From positions 150,387,248 through 150,451,247 of the forward strand of contig NC_068982.1 in NCBI RefSeq assembly GCF_001194135.2: 64,000 bases of DNA, given 5' to 3'. The notes under the pieces were generated by a model that was given only the letters and a program-made list of their open reading frames with translations, searched no databases and was not told the DNA's origin. The stretch comes from Octopus bimaculoides. Its lineage: Eukaryota. The translations under genes were made by a program, and so were the position numbers. Positions 12,210-26,520 of the stretch are shown here, piece after piece; within the stretch, counting starts at the first letter, position 1, and each line of letters begins with the position of its first letter.

Positions 12210-12540
12210 CGTTATCTCCCCTCTCTCCAACTGAGGTAACCATGTATCTAAAAGATACTTATTTCTATCCTTCTGTTCATACTCTTCTCATCACTTGGTA
12301 CATAACCATCTCCCTCAATATACCCCCCCCCATTCAGTTGAGGGGTAAGTTACTTAGTGACCTCAGTGTTGCCACATAAAAAGCACCCAGGACATTCTGT
12401 AAAGTGGCTGGCATTAGGAAGGGCATCCAGCTGTAGAAATGCCAATGCAAACAGTAGAGCTTGGCAGTGTTCTGGCTTGCCAGCTCTTATCAGAACGTCC
12501 AACCCATGCCAGCATGGAAAGAGGATGTTAAAGATGAGTT
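12210..12540 (+). repeat. RTE-LINE 3' UTR-derived dispersed repeat
   Basis: Shared core GGCATTAGGAAGGGCATCCAGC..CCAACCCATGCCAGCATGGAA..GTTAAA with a (GAT)n tail; matches 41602-41883. Confidence 0.75.
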
Positions 12541-12804
12541 ACTGAAACCAGTAAAGGAATATAAGATACTAATAATTGTTTTCTTTTTCCCTATTACAAA
12601 TATTTCAACCACTAGTCTGTTGAAATAGTTGTCCACAGAAGTGGATCAGCTTAACAATGATGCTGTATCTATACATGTCGGTAGCATTGCCATGCTGATT
12701 TTGTCAATTTAATATCTTTTACTATGCTCTTATCACTGTGATAGATTCCACTTATTTTCATTCTTAAAATAACTTCATTCTTGATCTGTCTGTCTCTTTC
12801 TAGC

Positions 12805-13250
12805 TGGGTAACCATGTACCTCCTCTACAGCAAGACACCTATTTCTGTCTCATTATATAACCTTTCATCATCTGACACAAGATCACCTCCTCCAATGCTT
12901 CTTCCCTTCTCAAAGGATTGATCTTTGTCTTGCAAGTTACTTGGTGACCCTGCCAGTGATGATGTCACATAAAAAGCATTCAGTCCACACTGTAAAGTGA
13001 TTGGCATTTGGAAAGGCATCCAGCTGTATAAAAACCATGCCAAAACTGACCTCGCCTGTGCTTTTGCTAATTAAAAAGCACTTGGTCCACTCTACCGGGC
13101 GGTTGGTGTTAGGAAGGGCATCCAGCCATAAAAACCCGGCCAAAACAGACACAAGTCTGGTGCAGGCTCCTGACAAACTGTCTAACCCATGCCAGCATGG
13201 AAGGTGGATGTTAAACAATGTTGATGCCTCCATGCTGAGAACGATGATGC
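12805..13250 (+). repeat. RTE-LINE 3' UTR-derived repeat with an internally duplicated core
   Basis: Two successive AAAAAGCA..GG(C/T)(A/G)TT.GGAA.GGCATCCAGC cores, then the CCATGCCAGCATGGAA tail. Confidence 0.7.
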
Positions 13251-16200
13251 ATTAAATATGTTTGCAGTTTCCACCAAAGATGTATTCTGTGACAGTCGCC
13301 TTCCTTTCTTGGATGGCTGAATTCTCTTCAGGAGCAGTTCATTTTTTTTACCACTTTTCACCTTATTTCTAAACATTTCTTTTATATTTTTCAAACTCTC
13401 CCCTCACTGCTACTGGAAAAATATGTCTATAGTTTGAAATTTTACTCCTATTTCATGTTTTTCCTATTTAACTACTATGAGTATATTTCTATTCCAATGG
13501 TGGATTCTTCATTCGTTTCAATGGTGAATATCCAGTTGTTTGATCAACTGAATTCCTACTTGTGAAATGAAAGTAGAAGACGAATATTCTGCTAACCTGT
13601 ATACCCTTCATACAATTCTCAGGCTAGATCTTTGAATTACAGGTACAATCCTGTGAAGTAGGATTTTGCTTCCTTGGTGTATACATTGGTTGTCTTTGTG
13701 CAGTTAAGTAAGGCATCTTTTATTAACATTTTTCTGGAAAGATGTCTCTTTGCATATGGATGATGCCTGTGTGTAGAGGTTTAAAGCATGAAGAGTGGGA
13801 ATTGTTAGGTGATATCTACATTAATCACTTGTCAGTTTCCATTAAGTTATATGTAGATAGCCACAACTGCAGTCTCTTTGACCTGTCAGTTCAGTCTCTA
13901 CAATTGTACCTGAAAGAATAGTACATAAGAGAACATGTGCATTTGATATGATAAGGCTTTTAGTACCTTAATAGGATTTTTATAGAAACTTATAGTAAAA
14001 TGTTAATTTACTGAAAGAATTGTGGGGTTACTTTTGAGCATCTGAAATCTAGGGTAGATGACTGCAGTAACATGGCCATGTAGTGTAAGTAGATAACTGT
14101 TGGGTTTGATGGAAAGGTCTCCTAATAAGAATAAGCAAAGATGTAGTGGTGTTGATTGGAGAAAATGAGTAACTATCAATTGAAATATGGAAATTTTGCA
14201 ATTCAGTGGAAAATATTGTTATAAAGAGTTACACTTTTAGATATTTAGTTGTCATCGTTTTACATCTGCTTTCTATGCTGGCATTTAAATCAGGTTTCCG
14301 ACATCCTAATCTCTTCTGAAATTATATGGATTCTAAATGCAACTCATCAGTATAAAATATTGATTTAGTGAGAAATAAAGTAAAAATGCATTTATAATAT
14401 TAGCAATATATGCATGATAAAAGCATTCTAACAGTTGTGTGTATTCATTTTATACTAATGTCTGAACTGTAAAGGGCTGCAGGACAGGAGTAAACTATCA
14501 GCAATGTGTCATCGAAGTTTGGGAAAAGTTTTTTTTACTGCATTTGAAAGTATAGGATACAGTGCAAATTCACATAATTATGTGATTCCATTTGAATTGC
14601 AATTATGTTTGTGTTGGTGGCAAAAAGTGCATCCAGCTGTAAAAATCCTGCCTCAAAAGTTTTTGTCTGAGTCATGCTAACATGTAGAATGAATAATGTA
14701 ATACTTTAAACATCACAATTATAACTGCATCTCTGTTTGAAATGAAGTTTCTATAACTGAAAAATCTGTTCCAGGTTCTTTTTTTCTAAATAATACATTC
14801 ACTCTCACTTGCTATCATTTTTCTAGTTAGAAGTTGACATATAAATGGAAGGTTAGATGATAAAAGAAACAAGCTCAAACATTTTCCATTGCTAATATTT
14901 TACTTGCCACAAGTAATTGGAAGCAAAAGAGGCAGAAAAATCTGTATTTAGTTTTACATTGAATAAAAATTCTATACAAGCCTCCATTTGAAACAGCATT
15001 GAATATAATGTTCAAACATATTACAAAGACATGCTATCAGCTTCAAAATATTTTGTAGCACTTAAAACTAATATGCATTTCCATTACTGTCCTGGTTTAC
15101 CAATTGAAAAATCAGTATATTTCTAGGCTTTCCATAAAGACCAATATATCTATAGCATTAAATATCAAAGATTTTATTGAAGCATATATTACCAGATGTT
15201 GTTTCTGATCATGCAATAGGCTTAACACATTTTGCCTAATGCTAGGATATCTTGAAATATATACTGGACATTTTAAGCCCAAAGTTACTGTTGAAAGAAG
15301 CAGAGTAGATTGTTTCTGACCTTAATATACATTTAAAAAATAGGGAGAAGTTGGTAGCTGCTCAGATTTGTTTTAAAATTGGTAAAATGGAAAGGAAAAT
15401 GTTAATGAGAACAATGGAAGTCTTGAAAATTCACACTGAGACTTTTACATGTGCATATTATCAAATGCTGGGTTGCTATTGTGTAAGATATATTTGTGAC
15501 AGCATATTCAGCATATCATTGAGCAGAGAGACTGCTTGGAGTTGAAAATTCAAGAATCTAAGACAAGATTGACATAATTCTGGATGAATTGGCTGCATTC
15601 CATTCTGGCTTTCATAAAATATATACTGCCTATATTCAATCGAATAAATCCATACTGAATTCTTTAACATAGTACAAGGGAATCGATAATTATAGTGGAT
15701 ATTATTAATTACCATTAAAAATAAGCATTAGGTCATGATATTTCATTACTAGTTGTGAATTAAGTAATAAGTTGGTAGAATGGTTAACTGAAAAGTTTTA
15801 GTATTCAAAATGTAATACACACACACATGTATATGTGTGCATGTATTAATAGTGAAGTGTTGTTGCTTTATAAGAAAAGAAAGCAACACAACTGCTGAAA
15901 TAGTAATAGCAGTAGACTAACAATTAGCAGTCTAAAAGATGGCAAATTACAAGGGAAGATAGTCTTCAGTTCATTGTCTCAGTTGTAATATTACAACTGA
16001 GACTTCCTTACATATGAGAACTTTTTTTTTTCTTTTTAGTGTGAAAAAGTTCATCATATAATTTATACTATTTTCTTGCTGGTAACTTTGAATACTTATA
16101 TGAATTCCTTAGTATCTTCTCAGTTGATCATTTTCAAATCATTAACACATCTCATTTGTTTTTTGTTTTTTATATCAAATCATTCAGTTATACCAAATTA

Positions 16201-16696
16201 AATACAAGGCAATATTTCTGTCCAACCTGAAACGTTAGTAATCGAGAATTTTGCTGCTAGAGGATGAATGACTCTCATTGCATTGAGATAGGGGGATGAG
16301 GAATTTTGTGATTAAATTTTGATTCATTTGAATATTTTATTGTTTTAATAAAACAATTTTCTTGGGAAAATGGAGAATCATTAAATGATTTTGGTTGACT
16401 GGCAAATAATATACAAATTAAGATTGTGAAGCAAGCATTAGTATTTTAAACTAGACATTTACACAATGAATATTTAGATTAGAAATTTTTTGGTTTTCTC
16501 ATCGATATTGAAACGACCTCTAAAATAAATCGTCAGTGATTTCAGTCATATAGGAAAACAGATTTTGTAAGGAAGAAGTCTCTTACAAGATGAATTCCAG
16601 CTAAAACATGACGGAATTACAGGGAAAAAAGTAAGAGAGAAGGTGAAAGATTGCAGTGGAAGTAGTTGAAAAACTATTGCGTAAGAATGAGAATAG

Positions 16697-17123
16697 TCAA
16701 CAGCAACCTCCACCTTCTGGTTCACCCTCTACTAAATGTAAAGTCTCTTTGGGTCGAGCAAAACCATTTTTCACACCGTCCCAGCCTTCTTCAACTGTAA
16801 TTTTACCTTCTTCTAACATTTGATATATGTCTCTAGCAACAACTAGAAAGGCTTCTTCCACATTTGTACCAGTTTTGGCGGAAGTCTCTAAAAATCTTAG
16901 TCCATGATATTCAGCAAATTGACGTCCTTCCCGGGTTGTCACTTTACGTTCATTATCCTTATCTGATTTGTGGCCAACAATCAGATAAACAGCCTTATGT
17001 GGTTCTATATGCAACTGCGACTCTTTCAACCAATCCTCCAAGTGTTCAAAACTACTGCGTTTTGTTATGTCATAAACTATTAAAGCTCCAACAGAGTTTC
17101 GGTAGTAAGATCTTGTTATGGAT
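16697..17123 (-). CDS. Rab39: Rab39-type small GTPase, coding exon 2 (terminal)
   Basis: Acceptor TTTTCAG|A at 17124/17123 completes the Arg codon (AG|A). Reads SITRSYYRNSVGALIVYDITKRSSFEHLEDW...VGHKSD...ETSAK...EGWDGVKNGF...GGGCC*. GHKxD and EGWxGVKxGF are Rab39 hallmarks; CC is the prenylation motif. 218+427=645 nt = 214 aa + stop. Confidence 0.95.
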
Positions 17124-18499
17124 CTGAAAAATCACAGAAAGAAATTTGAATAAGATTGATGAAATATATATATATATACACACACATATATATACTAAGC
17201 AAGATAACTGATGTGGTTGTAAAAAGATGTTAAATAATGTCAATATATGAAAAACATTCCAAACACTGTCAGTCAAAATCTCTCTCCGCAATCTGATAAG
17301 AGAAGAGGTATCTATAAGAAATGTTCACTGATGTATGAGGTTATACCAAAAGTGGTTTCTCACAATTTAAATTCCTGGTTATACAAGAACATATCAACTG
17401 ACCATTTTTGTACAATATGGTTAACTTCTTACACTATGTTGCATTTAGATTACTGTCTGAATGTATAATAATTCAACCATAAATGATTAGTCTTTATAAG
17501 AATTACCAAATGAACCTCAATGTGATCATCTAAAAATAACCAAATCTTTGTACACCTTCAAAATAACACTATATCCCCCTCATACTCTAGGACTGTACAT
17601 TGTGAGAGGTAAAACCAAACAAATTATTTACAAGAGGGAAAAATGTGAAGAACTTTGTGTGTTGAGGGGAGTGTGAATCAGAATGCCATCAGCACATGCT
17701 ATGTTGGAGGGATTTAACAGAAAACCTCTAACTCAAGAGGCAAAAATCAATGAAACCCACAGGTGGCCAGTTAAGGATATTTCTGTGCCTGACTCCATCA
17801 AGTGTAATAAATTAGTTTCAATGAATTTCTCAGGAGTGTGGGGTACTGGTGAGTGTCACAGAAGTGCAGATAGTAATCACTATACTTTTTACAGAAAGTA
17901 TACAGTGATTGCTAACCAATGTCTCATATTTGGGATGCTGGAAAGTGATAATGAAATCTGGGAGATTACTCTTGGGGAGGGGACACCTTTCTCAAAAATC
18001 TGGCTTGATGCCTGTAGTTCAAGATTGAAGAATATAGCAAGGACAGTGATTGATTTGAACCAACTGGAGGTGTTTCATTATTTGGTATGTATAATGGAAG
18101 CATAAAGTTTTGTAATAGTATGCGTGTGCAATATGGAATTGGATGCAAACATTCTGTCAGTAATGTTTACAGAGCCATTAAAGGTAAAGAGAAATAGAGC
18201 TGGAAGATTTCACAAGTTGAGAAAATATCTTTTTATCAAGAGATTAGCTGCAATTTGCAGGTTGTGCATCTTGAAATTTTGCATTTCAAATGGTAATTAT
18301 AACAGAAGTGGATAGAACCACCCAGATGTTACGGATGGATAATTTTTCTAGTTGTAAGCCAGGTTCTTTATCTGAACAATACAGGAGATTTGAAGTCATG
18401 GGCTTAGGTTGTGTGAAGAAAAGAGGTTGTCTTGGGTACGTTAGTGGTGAAGTATATTTGCTGCCTGGTACAGTTTGTGTAAAACTGATTGAGCTTTGG

Positions 18500-18845
18500 T
18501 ATGAAAGGACATAAGACAGTAGGGCAACTGTGGGAAAAGCATGCAGTTAAAACTAAATCACTATTTGCTTTCATCAAAAGCCTATGACAGGGTCCCTTCC
18601 CTTATCTGGTGGTTACTGTGAAGCTACAAGTAAAAAAATGGCTGGTAAAATCCATACAAGCCACATAGGGGGTGCTGTCAGTAAGATAAATACAGCAATG
18701 AAGACTGTGCAGGTAGGGGACTATCTCCAGGTCATAAGAATTCAAGACCAGTTGTCCATGGGAATTCTTAAATGCTGATGACCTTGTCATAGTGAAATCT
18801 GCTGTAGAATTAGAAAAAAATGTAGAAGCAAAACCTGGTATCAAC
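18500..18845 (+). mobile_element. Degraded RTE RT fragment (probably extending back to ~17900)
   Basis: KAYDRVP..IWW, CPWE.L.ADDLVI-like remnants, homologous to 24240-24545 and 26130-26520. Confidence 0.55.
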
Positions 18846-21800
18846 AGGTGATAGAATTAATTTAATTTAGCACTTTGCTAAATTTTGAGAAATTGGAAAA
18901 AAAAAAAAAAAAAAGACCACTGAAGTAGATAATTCATGAAGAATTTAATAATCCTGTAAACACTATTGAATAATTAATGCTATGATATTCATGTTGACTG
19001 AAATATATTTAAGTCAAATGATCACTGTGAGGTAGGTAGAGCTGGTAAAGAGGTTAAATGGTACTTGAGGTGACAGTTCATCCTTCTGCAGTCAATAAAC
19101 AAATGAAATCATTCTAGTTATATCAGAGTTTATGAATAAAAGCATCGTGTGAAGTTTATAGGTACAGTCCATTCATCCCAAGTAAAACCATTAAAAAAAT
19201 ATACAAAAAAGCAAACAAAAACTATCCATACATAAAGTCTTGTTTTATTTCAATTAATGGTGGTAGTTTATGCTATATAATTTATAAGGCATCATTGTTA
19301 ATATGCTTATAAATTAAGAAAGTTCACATAGTATGTGTATACACATAAAAACATAAATATGAACACACCTAGTGTTTATATGTTTATGCCATGCTTTATA
19401 TGCACAAACGTTTTAAGTCCTCAATATATGAAGTATGCAGAGTGTGTGTGAAGGTAACTATATAATTAACTTAATACCATGGCCTCACGTGAGACTACAG
19501 TATGAATTTAATAATACATTTACCAAGACACACATCTGAAATAAAAATATAAAACAAATTCTAAAATAAAATAACTTAAAATAAACATTTTTTTGTTAAC
19601 ATTACAAATCTGAGGAAGAGGACTCTGATAAGGTTGATGTTTAATTCGACCACCTGTAGGCTTATACCTGGAAGGAGAATGTAAGCATGGAAGAAACACT
19701 ATTGGATTGGATTGGATTTCTGAGGAAGAAAGGTTTGATGTAGGAATTTGAAGCTACAACATATAATGGGATAGGTGGGTTTAGACATGGAAAGTGATTG
19801 CAACATACTGGGCTAGCATTTAGCCAATATAAGTCTAGCAACTGTTGCATTCAAGAAATGTAAATGATATTCTAGTATAGACATGTTTTTCTATGTTTAG
19901 GGTTAGTGTTCAGAAAATTTAGAAAAATCACCAACGAGATAACCTCAAAATGATTAAGTATTTTGTCAATTTATCTCCTATGGTGTAATCTGAATCCTTA
20001 GAGTACAACAGATCTTGTCGGTAACTAATCTTTAGAGTGACAGTACTTCTCTCAACATTAATAAAAAATGAAGATGGCTTTGTAATGTCATACTTGAAGT
20101 TGTGATCATGAATAAGCAGTCTAATTAATATAATTATTAGTAAAACTAGAGATATTTGTAATATATTGATGCTACTTTGTTAGTTTCATCTTTTTGAAGA
20201 GAGATAATATATTCAAGATTTTCTTTATCTCATTTTTTTACAGCTTTAAATTAATAAGTTGCTAAAAAGTAATTATTCAAACAGACTGAATTTCAAGTTA
20301 TTCATTGTCGTCACCAAAGTGAATATGTTTTTCATAATAATAAATTGGCATTTGAAGATAAGACTAATTTATTAGTGACATATCTGTATTGGATTTTAAA
20401 AGTTCCATTCGGCTAAATATTTTGCTTGGTTTTCACTTAATTGTTATATAATTCTTTTAGGAGCCCCATGAAATAATTGTGAGTGAAAAACTAAAAGATA
20501 GGGGATGGTAGGTCCTATAATGTATTTCCTCATAGTTGTAATGACTGAGGTCTGTATATGGCAACTGATTGTTTTCTGAGGGCCTGCAAAGTCAAAGGGG
20601 ACCAGTCATCTTTTAAAAGCAAAGAGAAGAAAAAAAAAGCATTAATTTAATCAATATAACATGAAGTCTAAATGAATGTATGCAGTGTCTGATTGATTCA
20701 AAGATAATTTGAAGTGAATGTAAAGGAAAAGATAGAGTGGAGAAATGAACTAGCCTTTTACCTAATATGTATTAGCTTTATCTGAATATGATAGAGAAAG
20801 ATTAAAACTACTTCATATTTCAACCTTTGAAATTGAGAATATTCAGTAAAAAAATACAAGCAATATTGTGATCGCCAAAAATGGTGTCCCAGCATAGCAA
20901 CAATTTAATGACTGAAATCAGTAAAAACACAACCATCAAATTAATTAAAATATTAGGAGGATAATAACTCTTGGACTAAAACTGGCTAAGGAAACTCTTT
21001 ACTACTTCTGCAGAATACAACCTATTTATTGACAGAGATATGATAAAATGTGCCCAATTTTCACTAAGATATACACAACAAAGTGGGCCAGTTTTCTTTG
21101 TTGCTATATGTGCTATGTGACTATAACTGCAATGAGTGTCAAAACTCATGCAACCTATGGACACCCGGAAAATGATAATGATAATTGGCCAACAATTGAA
21201 AGCTTCCTTTTAATTTGATAAAACCTAAATTAAAAAGGCAAAAAAAAAAAAAACGAGTAGACTGGTGGTAGTCTGCATTGGGAAAAGTTCTGATTGTTTC
21301 TCTCTAAATTTAGCAGTACCCTATCCACAAACAGTATCATAGCAATATTTTCACATTCACATCTACTAAAAAACATCTTTAGTTAGAAATACAAAATTTT
21401 CACACACACAGTCCATGACATATCCCAACATCATTAATTTCATTATTATATTATATAGAGTCTATAGTCTAATAAATTTAAATATTTCACTACAACAAAT
21501 TTGATCATATCTTTATTTGAAATTATTTCAAATTTCTAAGTTATACATGCATTAGTGTTGGAGAAACTAACTCATTATAATTCCCTACAAATTTTACAGC
21601 CAGTATGCTTTAGGTCAGTCAGCTTCTCTTTTCTACGTTGTCACTTTCCCCTCACACCATCATGCTTTGAAGCTGACTGAATAGTAGCAGTTATAACTGA
21701 GTCAGTTAAAAGTAAACAACTCTTGAGTTGAATTTGCTGGATTGCAATTTTTGGCAGAAGCAAGATGAAATTTTAAACTTAATTGAATCTTTATTTAAAA

Positions 21801-22081
21801 TTTAATTTATTTAAAATCTTTCCTTTAAACATGCACTGATGTAGGTTATACAACCAGCCTGTTTTGGATTAATATGTACCCACACCAGCAAATGTAACTA
21901 ACAATTTCTCAGATGTCAACATTCAACAATCCTTCTATATAGTACTATAGAGACAGTTTTACTTCACACCCAGAGTTCCTTTGCAACCCTGCCAACTCTG
22001 GAGACAATCTTTATGCCAAGCAGCATCGGTTAACAACCAAGCTTCTCCCTGTCAGTAACTAAGGTTCTTCTTTTCCCTTAA

Positions 22082-22264
22082 CCCTTTAGTATTCAGATTA
22101 CTTAGTCATACATTATCTTGTAACTTTGAGATTTGAATGACATGATTGTGTATTTTTAGAACAATATTGTAAGGTAAGTGTGAGAAGCTGGATCTGGCCA
22201 ATTTGAACATAAAACCAGTAGAATATTTTGGCTAGACAGAGCCAGTTTAAATGCTAAAAATGGT
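22082..22264. mobile_element. piggyBac-type (TTAA) MITE, degenerate right end
   Basis: TTAA|CCCTTTAG at 22078-22089; right end ATGCTAAAAATGG only partly complementary. Confidence 0.4.
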
Positions 22265-22925
22265 AGATCATACAACTAAGAAATAGATTCAGCAAGAGAC
22301 ATCACAGGCTACCAGTCTTGGACAGAAGTAACTATAAATAAGAGCCTACATGAGATAAAAGGGACTCTTCTATCTGGCTTGCACTGGACAATTTCTTTAC
22401 GGTTGGTGGCACAATATAATGCATACAGTACACTCTGTAAACTGGCTGATGATAAGGGCATCAAACAATAGGAACCATGCAAAAAATGAAATAAACAAGT
22501 AAGATGTGAACTGCACAAGTTGTAAAACAGCCTATCCAAGTACAAGTGTAATTACTCTGAATAAGAACTGGAATTACCTGTAAAGTTGTTGTTATTACTA
22601 ACCATTGGAGGGTGGTGGATTAGCAGAATGGCAGTATTTATTTATAACTCCTAAGCTCTATTTCTAAATCCTGTCAAGGTTAATTTTGTTTACATTTTAC
22701 CAGGATTGATTAAAAAAAAAAGTATAAGTCATGGGGTGGCGTCAATTTAATCAATTCATGGTCTTGCACCTATGTTTGAAATCATAACCAAAAGTCATAA
22801 TATTTATTAGAGAATATTAGTGTTGCTGAACAACTTTCAATTTGTAGAAATCACATCAGATTTAACAATAGTCTTTTAAGCAAGCAAACATGCTGACCAG
22901 TACTATGAAGTAGATACATTTATGT

Positions 22926-22962
<37 letters not shown>

Positions 22963-23559
22963 AAGTGAGTGTGAACTGAAGATTGTTTTATCATTAAGAA
23001 AATATTTTAATGGGACTATAGTTTAAGAAAAATCAATAGATATGAAGCATTATCTTGAAAAAGAGGCCATTCAAAACAAACATAAAAGAGTTTTCTCAAC
23101 TAGAACTAGATGTCTTATATGAAATTACTGAAAAAGTACCTAGCCCAAGAGTCTAAAACAACATACAAGAGACTATAAAACTCCTAATATGTATCAGTAA
23201 TCATGCTGGTAGCTCATCACAAATAGCTGAAGCTACTCAATCAAGATACAAGTAAATATCTTGAGCCAGGATGGACAAGTAAGTTACAAACTAAAATGTT
23301 ATTTCCATGAAGAAACATCTAATAGATTCTTAGTTACGAAATGTAACACAGATAAAAGCAAAACCACTTTCTCCACTCCTCTATAGTAGTAAGTTTTTAT
23401 TTCAACACTATTTTCTCTTTTCCACACATCATCTCTCACTTCCTTCTTTTACACAGAATCATAGATTTATTGCTATAACTTTCATGTAAATTCAAATGTA
23501 CACAATAAAGGATTGGAGTAATGGACAGCTGGAATTTCTAAATAGAAGGACCTACTGAG

Positions 23560-24545
23560 GGCTAAAGACCGAATTCAGCTGGGGCAAAGTTTCAGCCAGA
23601 ACAAGGGTGATATGGTGATGGAAGTGAGATAGATAGGACTATAAAAGCAAAGAACCAGGCTTGGAAAGATTGGAAAATGGAGGCAGCAAAGAATTATATC
23701 AGAAAGGTAGCTAGATGACAGCTTTATTAAGCAAAGGCAGAAGCAAAAAGGGAAAAGTTTGCCAATGTCATATAGTATGAGGTGTTTTGGATTGTAAGAC
23801 AATGTATCAGAAAGAATCGAGATATTGTCGGAGAGAAGTGAGTATGGATGTTTAATGATATGATTCAAAAAAGAAAGTAACACTTCCATGCCTTTATGGA
23901 AGTGTTACTATGAAAGGGTATTAAATGTGGAAAATGCATGGGATAATCTTTCCAACATGGACCCAACAGAGGGATCAGCTATCCTAGTATGATAGATATG
24001 GCAATTAAGGATATAGAGATAAGGAAAGCCCCTGATCTACTGTGTATCACAACTGAGATGCTTAAAATATCTGTAACCTAATGTCCATGTTCCATGCTGG
24101 CATAGATCCAGAGGCTGCATCATGAATGTCTTCTTTGGCATGGTTTCTACAGCTGGATGCCCTTCCTAATGCCAACCCTAGCCCAATTAATTAGGAACAG
24201 AATTAGAATGGATGAAGTTTGGTTTTGTGCCAGGGAGAAGTACTACTGATGCCATCTTCCTAGTAAGAGAACTGCAGAAGTATTGAACTAAAAGTAAACC
24301 ATTGCACTTGGCATTTGTTGACCTGGAGAAAGCCCTCAACAGAGTCACTGCCTCTATGATCTGGTGATCTTTGAGGAAGTTAGGAGTAGATAAATGGCTT
24401 GTGAAAGCCATGTACAGGGATACTATCAATAATTGAAAGTTAGTCATGAGTGCAGTGATGAGTTCACCAGGGCTCAGTTCTCTGTCCCCTTCCATTCATC
24501 ATTGTCATCCAGGCCTAACAGAGGAGCTTATGACCTGTTACCTTT
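23560..24545 (+). mobile_element. RTE LINE body fragment with an antisense RTE-tail copy inserted at ~24090-24180
   Basis: DNA similarity to 63646-64000 (AAAGTTTGCCAATGT..) and remnants of LAFVDLEKA.NRV, IW.SLRKLGVDKWLVKAMY. Confidence 0.65.
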
Positions 24546-24619
24546 ATACTCTGAAGGTTTGCTCTGGTTTCCCATCACTAGCATTTTATTGTCTTCCCAT
24601 TTACTCCCGACCACCCTTA

Positions 24620-25002
24620 AAAAAGGCAGGGTAGCCATGTCTTTTCTCTATAGCAAGATACCTGCATTTATTTGTCCCTCTACCATATTTAAATTTCTCA
24701 ACACTTGGGATAAAGCCACCTCCCTTCTCTCAAATAGTCCCTGCACCAATGAGTCAGGAGGGCTTTTCTTTTCCCTTTTCATATTCTTACCTGTTTTGTA
24801 AGTTACTTTGTGACCTCACTGGTGCTGGTGGCACAAGAAAAGTACTTAGTACACACTGTTAAGTGGTTGGTATTAGGAAGAGTATCAAGCCGCAGAAACC
24901 ATGCCAAAGCTGACATTAGAGCTTGACACAGTCCTGCAAACTTATTAAACCATTAAACTCATGCAAACCTTAAATAGTGATGATAATGATGATGATGATG
25001 AA
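24620..25002 (+). repeat. RTE 3' UTR-derived repeat ending in (GAT)n
   Basis: GGGTAGCCATG..GCAAGATACC..GTAAGTTACTTTGTGACCTCACTGGTGCTGG..TTAGGAAG, followed by GATGATGATGATGA. Confidence 0.65.
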
Positions 25003-25569
25003 GAACAATTAATTTATTACTACACATTTGTTTTTTATCTCTGAACTTTGCTGAATTTGTAGAAATCCCAACACATTTAACAGTATTCTTTTAAGAAAGC
25101 AAAAAGAAAAACACCAGCCAGCAGTTCTGGGTGGTTTCCACTTCTTTTCATTACACCATTATTCTGACTGCATCTTGTAAGTTTATTTATTGTTAACTAT
25201 CCCATCCACTTCTAGAAATTCAAACTTTACAAACAAAACATACAGCCTACCCTAAGCCCTGCTTTTTGATCCAAAACAAATCTAATATACTGTAAACATA
25301 CACTACCTCTTTCCTTTCTTAATCTACCCCTGTCTTTCTCTTTTCTTCATTGCCTTTGCTGTTTGAGCACTCTTAGCAGTATTATAGAGACATAGGCCAC
25401 AATGAAGACTGCTCAATTAGGAGAGCAGAAATTTTAAATCAAAACTCTGCAGGAAGATAATATGAACTCTGAACAAAGACAACCTATTTAGAAGAACAGT
25501 AATTCTAAATAAAAACAGACACAGAGTAGTAAGGACCCTTTATTTTGGCAAACAATTTCTCTAGTATTC

Positions 25570-26520
25570 GTGATATGATAAAGTACATCTAGTCCATGTG
25601 TAAAGTATTTGATGACAGGAAAGGAATCAAACCCATTAATTCATACTAAAATTAAGACAGCCACAATCCTTATATGCAAGAGTAGTACTTGTGTTAATAC
25701 TGCAATGGTATTGAGAATGACCAGTGCACTTGGCATAATTGACATTAAGAAAAAGACATGGAAGTGTTGTACAAGGGGTTGCTGAATATGGAGAATGCAT
25801 GTGAGAAAGAAAGCCTTTCCTAAGTAGAATTAAGAGAGATCAGATACTGAAGTCGACTGATGTATAATCAAAAGCATGATTAAGGATAGGAGATGTGATG
25901 CTAAAAATAACAACAATGTAAGGCTTGCATTAGTCACTTGCATACTCAATCAAGTAGTACAGGAAGATGACATAACCAATGACTAGTTTGGCAGTGTCAA
26001 ATTGATGGACAAAGTTATGAAGATAATAGAAAAATTTATAGCTTAACAGATTAGCAGATAAATTAGTTTAGATGAGATTCAGTTTAGGTTTGTGTTGAGT
26101 CAAGGTACCTTTGATTCTCTTTTCACAGAGAGACAATTACAACCAAAGTTCTTAGCTAAAAGTAAGCTACTATATCTAGCAGTCACCAGTCTGGAGAGAC
26201 TTTGATAGGGTACCTTGCTTGTAGTCTGGTGGTCACTAAGAAAGCTAGATATAGCTGAATGGCTTCTGAGCAATGTACTGAAGTAAGTCAGCAAGTTGAG
26301 AGTTAGTAATGAGTTCAAAAAGGAATTTAGCACACAAGGTAGGTAGGTATACAGCAGGGTTCAATTCTCAGTATTATGCTATTTACTAAAGTTCTTCAGG
26401 CCATAAGAGGAATTCAAAACTGGCTATCCATGGGAACTCAGTATGCCAATGATCTAGTTCTCATAGTGGAATCTATCCAAGTATTTAGAGAATAAATTCC
26501 AAATGTGGAAGCCATATTTA
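25570..26520 (+). mobile_element. Highly degraded RTE LINE RT fragment
   Basis: Remnants LDEIQFRFVLSQGT.D..F..RQLQ.KFLAK, FDRVP, FKTGYPWE..YANDLVL. Confidence 0.55.

Noticed and set aside
17683-18105. 140-aa plus-strand ORF inside the Rab39 intron
   Set aside because: No recognisable domain; the surrounding sequence looks like decayed RTE, so it is not called as a gene.
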